Below the pieces are notes generated by a model, which saw nothing but the letters and a program-made list of their open reading frames with translations, was not told the DNA's origin and ran no database searches. 64,000 nt of DNA, taken from Podarcis pityusensis. Its lineage: Eukaryota. Positions 35,138 through 47,085 of this stretch are shown here, in pieces; position 1 is the first letter of the stretch, and each line of letters begins with the position of its first letter. The position numbers and the translations under genes are program-made. The stretch lies in the NCBI GenBank assembly GCA_964106645.2, contig OZ067042.1, one strand, 5' to 3'.

Positions 35138-35691
35138 AAAAACGTTTCTTCCGGCGATCCAAATCGGGGGACATCATGACCAAGAACCCTGTGGTGAGAT
35201 CCAAAAGTTACAACAATCCTTTGCTGACTCCAGTAGCTGAGTACGAAACGGAGGGCGTGGCCCCCAATGGCACTGGCATCCGAAGGCACTCTGTTTCCGA
35301 AATGACTTCCTGCACAGAGATGCAGGGCTACTCCAACCTCACAACCATCACAGACAGTGGTTCCAAGACCTCCATGATCACCATGAAGAATTCGCAGTCA
35401 GGAGAGTCAGAGAGGCTTTCTGCCAGCTCAGCGCAGTGCCCCAGCAACCTCAATGCACCTGAGCAACAGAAGGGATTCTTTTACGCAAGAGATGACCAAA
35501 AGAGAGCATTTGAGCTGGCCAGGGACTCAGACTTGATTGCCATAGCCCCTACAGCCAGCCCTGAAAATATAGTGGACCAAATTTTGGAGTCTATTGAGTC
35601 AGATTCTGATGGGATTTTCATTGATTTCAGCCAGAGCTGCTCAAGTTCATCAGGGTACAATGTGGATGTGAGCAGGCAGAGCCTTGTCTGA
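35138..35691 (+). CDS. PRR5: PRR5 terminal coding exon 8
   Basis: ttaacag| KRFFRRSKSGDIMTKNPVVRSKSYN...IRRHSVSEMTSC...SPENIVDQILESIESDSDGIFIDF...RQSLV*; the eight exons sum to 1245 nt = 414 aa + stop. Confidence 0.95.
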
Positions 35692-37391
35692 AGCACTCTT
35701 GATAAGAATCCTAGTTTGTGCTTAGGAACACAGGATAACTGAAGGGTGCGAGGGGGTCATATGAAATTCTTGAGCAGCTAGAAATTCAGATAAAGAGAAT
35801 GCCCCTCAGACCAGAATGACATAGGAGGGACACATGGGGGGGGGATGGATCATCGTGGTTTAGATAATGGTAATACCACTGAACCTCAGTTGTGGGAAAG
35901 TGTCTCTGTCTATTCCACAGACTTCAGTGGAGCTTGGGCAGGTTGCACCAGCTGCCAGTCAAACCCGTGAAAGCAACACCATTCCATCAGAGGCCAGCCT
36001 GGGGCAAAGGTGCTACATGGGGGGCAGGCAAGGGAGCACAAACCTGGGGTCTCCAGTCTGCCTCTGCCCTGTTATACTGCTGCTGCCCTGGATCAAGACA
36101 CCAGAGGAAAACCTACAGTGAAGGACCTGGTGGAATAGTGGGCTGGGTATCTGTGTCCATGTGCTATAGTGCACACAAAACTAGTATTCTCTCATTCTCT
36201 GGACTGGACTTGTGGCACACTTTCCTTAAAGGAATCCTGCCCCCTTCCCATTCTTCCACCACTTAGGCCTGGCGTGTGTACATTGCCTCCCTGCCATCAA
36301 AGCTCCTTCCGCATGGTTGTGTTCCACAGTGCAGCAATAGCATCAGTAAAAAGTAAAAGATTGCAGGTGCAATTACTGGTTTGGAAAGTAATTATGTCAT
36401 TCCTCTAGCCTATGTGATTCCTATTGATGGAGGTTATCAATGTGGTTTGGGGTCTAAGTAGATGAAAGTGGTCCTTGCAACAAACGGGAAGCGTATGAAT
36501 TGGGCTGGAGGATTTGAGTGCATGAGAATCTCCACGTTTTCCAATTTTATGCTTTCACATAAAGCTGTAGGAAGAAGTTTCAGAAGAAACAGGGTATTTG
36601 AGGTGTGGAAGAATTCCATGCCAGCATTGCAAAGGGGAGAAGACGCATCCTCAGTGGCTGCCCCGTCTGTGGCGCAAACAAGCAGCAAAGCAGTGTGGAC
36701 CAAACACCGTGAATCTGATGCCCTGGAAAAGCAAACCAGGGGCAGGTTTGTGGGCTCATGTGTACCACTTGGCTTATTGCTGGATTACTCACACCTCATA
36801 GTGCCTAGCTGACAACCCTTTGGAAACCTGTGCCAAATTAGTGACAATTAACTTAAGCCTTGTTTGTTTTAATTGGATTGGGGCCATTAAATCTGAAGTA
36901 AAGTGAGGAGGTATCTGTGGTCCTTGATTTGTGAAGGCCCATTCATAGTTCTGAAGTCTTCATCTAATGTTGCGGTCATCCTGAGCATGCATGTGTGAAC
37001 CGGCCTGCAACACAAACCTGAGAATGCACCATGTGACTATGCCCTTAGACTTCTTGCTGTCTTTGTCTCCTTCATCAAACACTGTTGTTAAGTACACATT
37101 TCCCACACCTGCTATTAAATCCTTTTGGATGGCAGCAGCCACCGCCACCGCCTGCCACACGTACTTTTGGGGTTACTTACAAACACTTCCATAAAAGCAA
37201 AAGCTAGGTTCTTTGAAGAATAACATTTATTTAGGATTCAGAAGTCAGCAAAGTCTGTTTTAATTTTAAAAAGATTGTGCCAGATAATAGTAAAATCTTA
37301 TGATTTATCATGACCATTTTGGTTGTTTTTCTCACTACATCAGCACTCCCTTTTACCAATCAGTGAGTGAAAGTTCTAAACAAAAAATTTA

Positions 37392-37397
37392 AATAAA
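37392..37397 (+). terminator. Candidate PRR5 polyadenylation signal
   Basis: AATAAA about 1.7 kb after the stop codon, followed by a GT/T-rich tract at about 37438-37450. Confidence 0.45.
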
Positions 37398-40332
37398 TAG
37401 CGTGCTGTATGAATAGCACTATTGAGAGACCGCTTCCTGTGTGTTTTTTCTTACAAAACCAATAATTTTTTTAAGCGTAATTCTTGAAATAATAGCCAGA
37501 TGCGTCTCATGAAGCACTGCCAAAAACTGCACTTCACTTGTGCTAACGGAAGCTAAGTTAAGTCCTCGCTACCAATCTATATATAGAAACCCATCCCATT
37601 CTTGATTTGTATGTACTGTGTGTTGGGAAACTGGGCTTCAGGAAAACTCTCTTTGGTCCCCCATTAGTGGGAGTGATGGGTAGCCATACCTGCAATTGTA
37701 TGAAGTTGTCATGAGCTCTGCTGGGTGTGCTTCCTTTTCTCACAGTGTTCCTCAAGAAGTCCAAACAAGTATCTCGAGCATCTTTGGCCCTTCCACACTA
37801 GCAAGGGGGGAGCAAAGCGAGAGGCATGATGGAGCTCATCTCCTGAAGCTATTCTTCCCATTTCTTCCTCTGAATCACGCTCATAAATAGAAAGGAGAGA
37901 GAGAGAGATTCCTTTTTTCCTTCACCCCATTTTCTGCTCCGCTATTCCACAATTTGGATGCTGGATATATGTAAATCCCATGCAGCCTGCACTCCTCCTC
38001 CCTTTAATAATTGATCCAGTGTACACACATCCGTAGAAAGAAGTGTTTTGCACAGTGATTGAGAACTCCTGTGCTTATATAATTTGTGTGTACTGAATGC
38101 ACCAAGTTACAACTTACTGTCTAGGTAAGCGGCTGGGAACCTGTAGCCCTCTAGATGTTGAACCACAACTCTCCTCATTCCTGACCATTAGCCATGCTGG
38201 TGGAAACTGGAGTCCAGTATCATCTGAAGGGCCACAGGTTCCACACTGATGGCTGAGGACCTAACTCGGCTTCATTTAACCAATAACAAGAATGCCATTT
38301 AAATTACACTGAAAACATAATACACCCTCACAGTTCTGTGGGATAAACCTTCAAGTACTACCCAGACTTTATTCTCTTCACCAGACTTTCCACCTTTCAC
38401 CCAACCCCCCTCCACATTAGGAACTGAACTCCAGATATGTCTTAAAATGATACACAGAGGAAATTCTATACACAAATTAATGTAGCACAACTTTACAGAC
38501 CTTTGTGGAATAATTTTAAAGTGAACTGAATACTTATGGCAAACACACAGTTTGTGCAACATTCATGTTTCTGGCAGAAGAAGAGTCTTGGCCAGCCTAA
38601 AAACGTGAATGGGGAAGAAGTTCACCAAGATTTTTAAAGAGGTGTGATAGGAATCTATCTTAGCATTTTGAAGAGGAGTGCATAGCTTAGGAAACTGGGC
38701 CTTAGGAGCAGGGGGGTGCAGTGAAAAGAGCCATAGCTTGATACTAGATTGCATCCTTTGTGTGCAGGCTGTTCCAGGTTAAAGCCCCAACATCTCAACT
38801 AGATAGGATCTCAACTAGCAAGGCTGCAAGAAGCCTCTGTCCAACACCATGGAAAGCCACTGACTGCTAGAGTAATAAAGTAGACCAGGTTTATACGAGA
38901 GAAAGCATGAGGGTGGACCCTACGAAGTCTCAGAGGTCAGATCTGCACACCCCCTCTCATTAAACAACTATTTGGTTTGTCTATCTGCAGTCCTATCTAA
39001 TTTTCATCAGAGTGAAATATAAAGCTTCCTGCAATTTTCATTTGTAAGGAAAAGATGCAGTGTTGTCTGGTTCAAAGAAACAAGAGACAATGTTTACTTA
39101 ATGTTCTTGTCTCTCTAGGATTTCGTAGGCCATGTTCAAGCTGCACCTCAGCACATGTGCTTCGTAAGTGGGAAACATTTGCTGCTAGAAGGCACCAACT
39201 TAATTACAGAACCTGATTACATGTCTACTCTTACCTGGAGAACAGAATAGTCCTGGGAATACAGAAGCTGCCAACATTTGTATTGGGAAAGACCAGGAAC
39301 GAACCAGCCCCCTTCCTTGGCTCCCTTCATCCGTCCATATATTCAAAGATGCTCTCAGAAGGCAGGTGAAGCAGGTGTCATCACAAATGAGTATTTTGTG
39401 AGGCTCCTTCTTGCCTCAGGTTTAGTATTTGAAATGGGAGTTGGAGTTGGGGGAGGGCAACTTTTCTGCCAGAGCTTTTCAGCTGCAGCAGCCAGGAATA
39501 AATGCTAATGCCCAAAGGTACTGGATGTAATTATCAGTATATTGGGGTGGAATGTGTTAAATTTATCCCCAGTCACATGTTATACACAAACATGCATGTT
39601 AGTGTGCCATCAATGGAAGCATTTTTCAAAACAAAAAACAGGAGCCCAGAGTGCTCTGGGAAGGTAAGCAAGCCTTTGGGCAAACAATTTGGTGCAAACA
39701 CAGGAAAATGTCTTCAAGGGAGAGCACAAGGTTTTGTGTTGCCTTTGGGTCCTACCTAAAGCAAAATAAAACAATAAACATGGGGAGGAGGCAAGGGGCA
39801 GAGGAGGTGGGAACAAGCTGAGGATGGAGCAGTCTGTCCTAGGAGAGGACTGCAAGACTGAGCGGCATAGTCTCCTGGAGAAGAGACTCTGTTTCACGAA
39901 GAGAGGGGTGACCTATCATGGAAGTTGCATGCTCTTTTAAAAAGGAGGAGAAAAGGTAGGTGCATTCAGGAAGCTCACTGAGGACACACATTTCAGGCAT
40001 TGGTGATGAGTGGAAAGGGGAAGGCACCATATACGAAGGAGAATAGGAAGACTAGGTTCTGGTACATCTCATGCAAATGGGCTGGGTGCAAAAGGGGTTC
40101 AGTGTGCAGACCTGGGTGTGGGGATCCTAACCTTTACTAATGTAAATGATGATTGACTAATTTACCAGCCGAGGCTGCTTTTTGTTCTCAGGGCTACTGA
40201 ACAACTAAACAAGAGGCCAGCCCCTGTGGGGTCTACATATGGCAAAGAGTCAAGTGCAGAATAAGGCATTTGATACAGTACATCCAGAGTCCTTATACCT
40301 CTTGGGTAATGAGGATAAGCAAATTTCCAATA

Positions 40333-40539
40333 CAGTGGTACCTTGGGTTACATATGCTTCAGGTTACATACGCTTCAGGTTTCAGACTCCGCTAACCCAG
40401 AAATAGTACCTCGGGTTAAGAACTCCCGCAGCAGCAGCGGGAGGCCCCATTAGCTAAAGTGGTGCTTCAGGTTAAGAACAGTTTCAGGTTAAGAATGGAC
40501 CTCCGGAACGAATTAAGTACGAAAACAGAGGTACCACCG
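40333..40539. mobile_element. Tigger-like MITE, same family as 13458-13699 in opposite orientation
   Basis: CAGTGGTACC...GGTACCACCG ends, TA TSD, shared internal sequence. Confidence 0.87.
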
Positions 40540-41922
40540 TACATGCTGTGTGACTGCCTAGCGGTGTGCAGAGTTAGGCACAAGACACATGCTCAGGATG
40601 ACAGCAAAGCAGAGTGCCTTCCTAACAAATATGAGTTGCTCTCTCAAGGCTGGGGTCCAAGAATGTTGAGGAAGCAGGTAGCGGAAATCGTGCCTTGAAA
40701 CGGAAGCAAATAATCCAAAGCAGCACAAACCCCTCCAACATCTCCCATCATTCCTGCCAATTAGACATGCTGTCTGGGCTTATGGGAGTTGTAGTCCAAC
40801 AACACCAGGAGGGCACAAGGTTGGGGGAGGTTGATTGAAATGCACAAATGGGAGGCATCAAATAATAGAAACTCTTAAGTGTGTGAAGTACGGTTTAATT
40901 AGGATGTGGAGCAGAAGAGCATCAGAATTGAGACACACGTCAGAGAAGGAGATAGGGAGGGAGACCTAGATGAGAGAAGGCTTTTCCCTAAACCAGATGT
41001 GGGGAATCTTTGGCCCTTCAGAAGTTGCTGAACTACAAGTACAAGCACAGTCAATGTCTAAGGATGATGGGATTCAGCATTGCTTGGGGACCCTCAGGGT
41101 CCCTTCCAATTCTACCATTCTACTTGGAGGGCTGAGGGTTTTTCACACCCTGCCCTAAATGAATGTGAAAACCAAGATGGTCCCTCCCTCAGTGGTGCAA
41201 CTAGGTAGACTTCATGGTAGGTAGACAGGGATCACTTAAATCATAGCATCATCAGAAGAAAAATTGACTTTGCCTCTTCCATCCTGATGCTAATCACGTT
41301 AATGTATTAATCAGTTAGATTTTGTACTAGAAAAGGATAACATATATTTTAAAATAAAAACCGTAAAAATGGGGGGGGGGGTTTCAAAGGTGAGTGTTAT
41401 GGCCTTTAAAAAAAAATACTTTGCACACTCAGAGGCACACTTGCTTCTGGGAACCCCACCTTCTTTGCTTGTGGGCTTCCCAGAAGTGAGTGTAATAGGC
41501 ATGCTGTTTGTCTCCATCACCTGATATTCAGAGGTACACTGCACTTAAACACAGAGGTTCTATCACCCCATTAATCTGACTAATTCTTTTTCAAGTAATC
41601 TAGGTTACTGTCAACAACATAAGCTGTGGATGCAAATTTCGAAAGTTAAATATGCATTTCATGAATATGTACTTTTTTTTTGTCTGTTCTGCATCTTCCT
41701 GCTAATCAGTTTCTTTGGCCTGAAAACTGCCATTCTGGGTCTATCCAATTTACCTTCCCGCCACAGACAAACTGTCCTTTAAGGCCATGGCAAATGTTCT
41801 CTTTTGAATATGTGATTCCTCTTTGCTTACTTTGACAGATGAATCAACACTGTCACAACCTGCCTGTTTCTACCCATCAATCTTCAATCCACTATGTTTC
41901 CGTGGATTGAACTAATCTGTTT

Positions 41923-42277
41923 CCTTTTTCTTTTTTTAAATGATATTTATTGAGAATTTAAAATTACAGAGTTAGAGAAGGAAAAAAAAGGAAAAGGAAA
42001 AAAGGTAGACAAAAAGAGAAATTAAACAATACAAGTCAATAAAAAAAACCAAAAAAACCAAAAAAAAAAACACACAATACATCAAAAACAAAAATAAACT
42101 AAAAATTTAAAAACAAATCCAATATTCCCAAATCTTTGTCTTTCATTAACTTGTTTCATCGACCTCCTCACACCTCCCTTTTTTGTATTCTAGTTATTAA
42201 TTATCTCAGCAAATCCTTTCCATCTTTCACTATATTCTGTCATTAAATAACCTTAATTTATTTTAACCTTATCTTAC
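41923..42277 (-). mobile_element. L1-family 3' UTR fragment (5'-truncated)
   Basis: Poly(T) and TTTATT on the + strand; homologous to 44244-44535; TSD TGAACTAATCTGTTT. Confidence 0.85.
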
Positions 42278-44223
42278 CATGAACTAATCTGTTTTCATGA
42301 ACTAATCTGTTTTCTTTCCTGCTTCAGTTTCACCTAATTGAAGTGCTATGAAATTATGGCTTTTAAAATGCTAATATGTATTGATTCCAATTACCGGCTG
42401 CCCTTAGTCTCTGCCTGTTCTATCAATGTCTAATGATCTTCTGCGTTTCTCCTTCATTCAGTTTGTCTTGGACTCCTGCCTTCCTTAGACTTGTCCATAG
42501 ACCTTCATCAGAAATACTGAGACTACAACCGTTTTAAGCCTCTCCAAGAGGCAGCACATTGCTGCTAACCATATTGGCCACTGGAATGCACCATAGCTCC
42601 AAACAAAAGCAGCAAGCAGCAACAGAAATGGCTGAGGCTATGTGCGCATTAGCTGCTTTAAATACAGCAAGGTTGCTTTTCCGTGCTGCCTTTGAAGTCA
42701 CATTTGCATGTTGCTGTACACACCAGAAAGGGGCACATCATAAAAAAGAAAAAGAAAGGGGCACATCACCTGCTCGGTTCCTCCACGCTTGCAGCCCCTC
42801 CTCCAAACTGTCATGAAGATGTCATCTGTGCATGCACATAGGCAACAGCTGTCTCAAATGGAGCTTACCTGCGACTTGCGTTTTCTAACTGGATGGAAGC
42901 TGGTTTGAGGAAAAGCACATCAAACAGCATTATTTATCAAGAAACTGCAGAATAGATATGAATTGTAGCTCACACCATGTCTATAAAGGACCAAGTGCCC
43001 ATGGTGGGAGCGCACTGGAGCCAGAGTAAATGGTGTGTACACAACCTAAGACTCAGGACTCATGCACACTTCTGTTTTCCCCACCACTTTCTCCAAGGAA
43101 AACCCGTGGTTTAGCACTGAACTGACACAAATGGCAGCTGGGTTTCCTACTGATTGCCGTTCATTCCAGTTTAGTGCAAAAAGCAATTTTTCTGGGGGAA
43201 AGTGGCAAGGCAAAGGCAAAACCACTCAGACGCAGGCCAAGAAAGCATGGGAGAAGTGAGTGTGTGGACAAGCCCTCAGTCATGTAGAATTGTCTTGCCT
43301 AAAGGCAACTCAGAGAACTAGTTTATAGAATCAGCAGATCAAGAAGGCAGGCTTCTTTTCTGGACTGCACCACACATCAGGGATGGCTCAATACATGTTA
43401 GCACCTGAGGTGAACTGTAGAATGCTCCCGGCCCCTGCCATGGAAGAAAGGATGAGTGAAGATGGGAAACAAGAGGGGAATAAAGCTCCACATTGAGAAC
43501 ATGGCGAGGAATCAAAGGTCATCGCGGGCCGGATCTGAATCCTCCTGCGTGGGTGCAGAGCCCAGGAGACCCCAGAGGGCATTCCCTGCCTTTTCCTCCC
43601 TGGGTTGGGGGGAGACTAGCAGGGCCTCTGATCTGCAGAGAGCCTGCTGTAGAGACGGCATTGGGAGGGAGGCTGCCGAGGAAGCAGCAGATCTGGCCTC
43701 CAAGGAGTGTGCCACATCCATTGCTGCCACTGTGTGTGCATCTCACTGAATGAAATTAAGCTCAACTTTCTCCCCAGCAAGTAAGTTTTCTGCCAACAAG
43801 GTTTTGATGTGGGGGTACATTTAATAGCCTCTCCTGAAGCAGTACTGTCCAAAAAAGATTGGATTCTACTGGTTGTATAAATTATTCCAGAGTACAAAAG
43901 GAGAGTGGTCCAGCCTATTTAGTGTAGCAGGTATTCTAAATGAGGCACGTTGAAGCAATCCCTCAGTCATTTCTACTAAGGGGTGCTTCAATAGGTGATA
44001 TTATATTGTAATGGGTTTTACTATCACATTTATGTGAATAGAGCTATCAGTGTGGGTTGCTTTAGGCCAAAACCTGGCCAGATTCTGGCACTTAACAAAT
44101 AACAGCCTGGGATATTTACATGATGTGTTTCCATGGAAGCTAATCATTAGATGATTGCTTTCATAGCCGGATCTTCACTGTATCTTCTGAATATGGCAAA
44201 ACCAGACATTTCCTGTTCCCTAG

Positions 44224-46346
44224 GTTTTTTTTTGTTTTTGTTTTTAAATGATATTTATTGAAATTTTTTTAAAATTACAAAACAGAACAAAACAGAAAAA
44301 TAAAAATAAAAAACAAACCACATCAAACAATACAAATTCAAAAAACAAAAATACACCACAAACACTCAAAAACAAATCCATCATTCTCGAATCCTCAACT
44401 TTCATTACCGTCTTTCTTTGACCTCCTCCTCCTCCCTTTTTTTGTATCCTAGTTGTTAATTGTTGCAGCAAATCCTTTCCATATTTCATAATATTCTGTC
44501 ATTACATTACCTTAATCTATTTTCATCTTATCTTACTGTAAAGAACCTTAAAACTTAAAACTTAAATCTTATTTTTACCAACTTCTCATAACCATAATAT
44601 TCTTACATAATTCTCTAAACATTTTTGCTAAAGCCAAGTAATTTCGTTCCAACATTTTTCTAACATTCATCAATTTTATAAAACAATCCTAGTAATAAAA
44701 AGAAAGAAATAAAAACAATCCAATCTTCATCCAGCGTCCCTTCCTCCAGGTCCCGGGTTTTGTCAGTCCTTTTTATCCCATTGATCTAGCGCATTAACCT
44801 GGTAACCTTATATCCGAGGCCCTTAAGTCCCTTCCATGTCCCTTCTGAGGCTCTTCTTCATATTCTCCTTTCACTCGTGGGAACTCCAGCTTGACAATGT
44901 TTTTGACCCTTCTCAACAAATCAGCCCCTTTTCCATAGTCCAGACTAAACTCCATGTGGTATTTAAAAACATGTTTCAGAATCCCTCCAAAATTAAGAGC
45001 CCCCACAGCCCCAAACATCTCACGGCCCATTGCCAGACTTGAAAAGTCCAAACATCCCTGCATAGGGGGGTCTATCCAACCCCCCATTTCCAAACCAGTC
45101 CAAACTTTATCTTTCCAAATCTGGCTTTTTCCAAGTTCATTTGTCAAATCCAAAAGCTCATGTTCCTGCAGGGCCACAGCTCCCTCCATCTCTGGCGCCC
45201 AAGATTCAGCAACATCCTCTTCCCTCATCTGTTCTGTCGGGGCACACTCCTGATTTAATTCCTGGGTGGGCTCCATATAGTTTCCCAGTGCCTGTTCAAA
45301 AATTCTGATCGCATCAGTCATCAAATCCGTCTTCTCATTTAGCTGTTCCAGTAGGGCATTTGTTTTACAGAGAGCACACAACAGAGCTTCTGAATACATT
45401 GTCCTACAAGGTCAGAAGTCTATTCCCACGATTGTAATCTGTAACAGATGCAAGCTCCCTGGAATTGGTTACAGTTTCACAGTCTCCCTCTAGGGAGAAA
45501 ACTTCTATTTGTTCTTTCTTTTAAGGACAAATCTAGCAACAAAGTTTCCTTTTTCAGATATTTTGTCAATATTTGTTCCTTTAAAATGCGAAGGGGAACA
45601 GTGGAATCACTATGTTTCTCTTCTTTTAGCTATCTGTCAAAAACGTTTGTCTCTGGTCAATGAGCTTCAAAAAATGTCAGTCCTGACATCCCGCTCCAGG
45701 ATCAAGACGGTGGAAAGTTACTTTACTTTACACTCACTTCTGCAGGTTTAAACAGTCCGAAAAAGATCCCCCCTCTTCTCCTGCTTCCGAAGGGGGTTCA
45801 ACAATTTTAAATGATGAAAGTTAATCTTTTAGAAGCGATTTTCTGAGCTCTAGTTTGCCTTGTCTTTGCTTTAATCTATCTACAAAGAAAAGGAAGGCTG
45901 ACTTCCTGTTTAGACCTTCCCGTTTCAGTGCCAAATTGAAGTAAACTTTTAAGTCCAATTTTCCTTTCTGCTCGCAAGTCCTTATTTAAAGTCCAATTGT
46001 CCGAAATTTAAGTACTCACGGGTGATTATTTTAGAAGCCAAATTGTCCCAGGAAAAAGGCAGCGCTCTCCGGCAATGGCTGTGCGGCTTCGCTCCATGGA
46101 AGAAGCAGTTGACTCTCAGCACCGCGCCACTTCCCCCTCTTCGCTTCGGAGCCCGTTAATGGGTTCCTTTGCGGGTTGGGGGGGCGCTAAGGGTGCCCGC
46201 CGAGTCCCATGGTCACAGGCTTCATCCGCCTGTGATTTTTGAAAGGGTCCCCGCTTCGCCATAGCAGAAAAGACCCGTTTCGCGTGGAGCTAGTCCCTCC
46301 AGATCAGAGGGAATCCGCCATTGCCGATGGCGCCACCCCGGAAGTC
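44224..46346 (-). mobile_element. Full-length non-autonomous L1-derived retroposon (half-L1-like), about 2.1 kb
   Basis: 13-bp TSD TCCTGTTCCCTAG at 44211-44223 and 46347-46359; CpG-rich 5' end GACTTCCGG..AATGGCGG; L1 3' UTR, AATAAA and poly(A); no RT or endonuclease. Confidence 0.85.
44794..45399 (-). CDS. 201-aa ORF of the non-autonomous L1 derivative; acidic, with a possible N-terminal coiled coil; function unknown
   Basis: Uninterrupted ATG (ACAATG) to TAA in the element's sense orientation, between the 5' UTR and the ORF2 remnant. Confidence 0.55.
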   Translation of the reverse strand: MYSEALLCALCKTNALLEQLNEKTDLMTDAIRIFEQALGNYMEPTQELNQECAPTEQMREEDVAESWAPEMEGAVALQEHELLDLTNELGKSQIWKDKVWTGLEMGGWIDPPMQGCLDFSSLAMGREMFGAVGALNFGGILKHVFKYHMEFSLDYGKGADLLRRVKNIVKLEFPRVKGEYEEEPQKGHGRDLRASDIRLPG

Positions 46347-46366
46347 TCCTGTTCCCTAGTTAAATA

Positions 46367-46610
46367 CAGTCATACCTCGGGTTGAAGTTGCTTCAGGTTG
46401 AGCGCTTTCGGGTTGCGCTCCACGGCGACCCAGAAGTAACGGAATGCGTTACTTCCGGGTTTTGCCGCTTGCGCATGCGCAGATGGTCAAAATGATGTCA
46501 CGCGCATACGCAGAAGCGGCGACCCGCGCACGCACAGATGCGGGTTGCATTCGATTCTGGATGCGAACAGGGTTCTGGAACGGATCCCGTTCATATCCAA
46601 AGGTATGCTG
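46367..46610. mobile_element. Tigger-like MITE
   Basis: TA|CAGTCATACCTCGG...CCAAAGGTATGCTG imperfect TIRs; CpG-rich interior. Confidence 0.7.
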
Positions 46611-46624
46611 CAATCTTAAGGGTG

Positions 46625-47085
46625 TGTGACAGGAACAAAAGTGTTAGAATTCCTGCTCCGTGATTGCAGTCAGGGGCTTTTTGTCTGTCACATGACGGTG
46701 TATGTTTTGACTCCAAAAAAGTGGGAAGTGACGGAGACAGGATGTTTGTGTTACTGTGTTCTGTGAAGTGGGACTATTGTCCTTTGTTCTTTCTCTTTGC
46801 TGTCTGGTGCTAGAGAGAGGGAGCCATGTTGCAGTGCTCCGTGTGTGTTTATATTTAAATAAAGTAGATTAGCCAAAATGCTGAGTTGCTGAGGTCTGTC
46901 ACACAAGCTGTGAAGACTCTGCAGATCCCTAAGTGTGCTGGTGTCTGTTGGCATCGGTCGCTGTGATGTTCAGGCAGAAGAAAGTTTTTGAAGCTCCCGG
47001 ACGAAAGACCAGGAGGGAGAGAACATGCCAGTCAGGCATGTGTCTCTGCCAGGGTCCTTCTCGAGGGTAGGCTGAGCTCCTGACA
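46625..47085 (+). mobile_element. Probable solo LTR
   Basis: TGTGA...TGACA ends and an internal AATAAA at about 46858; no TSD found. Confidence 0.4.
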
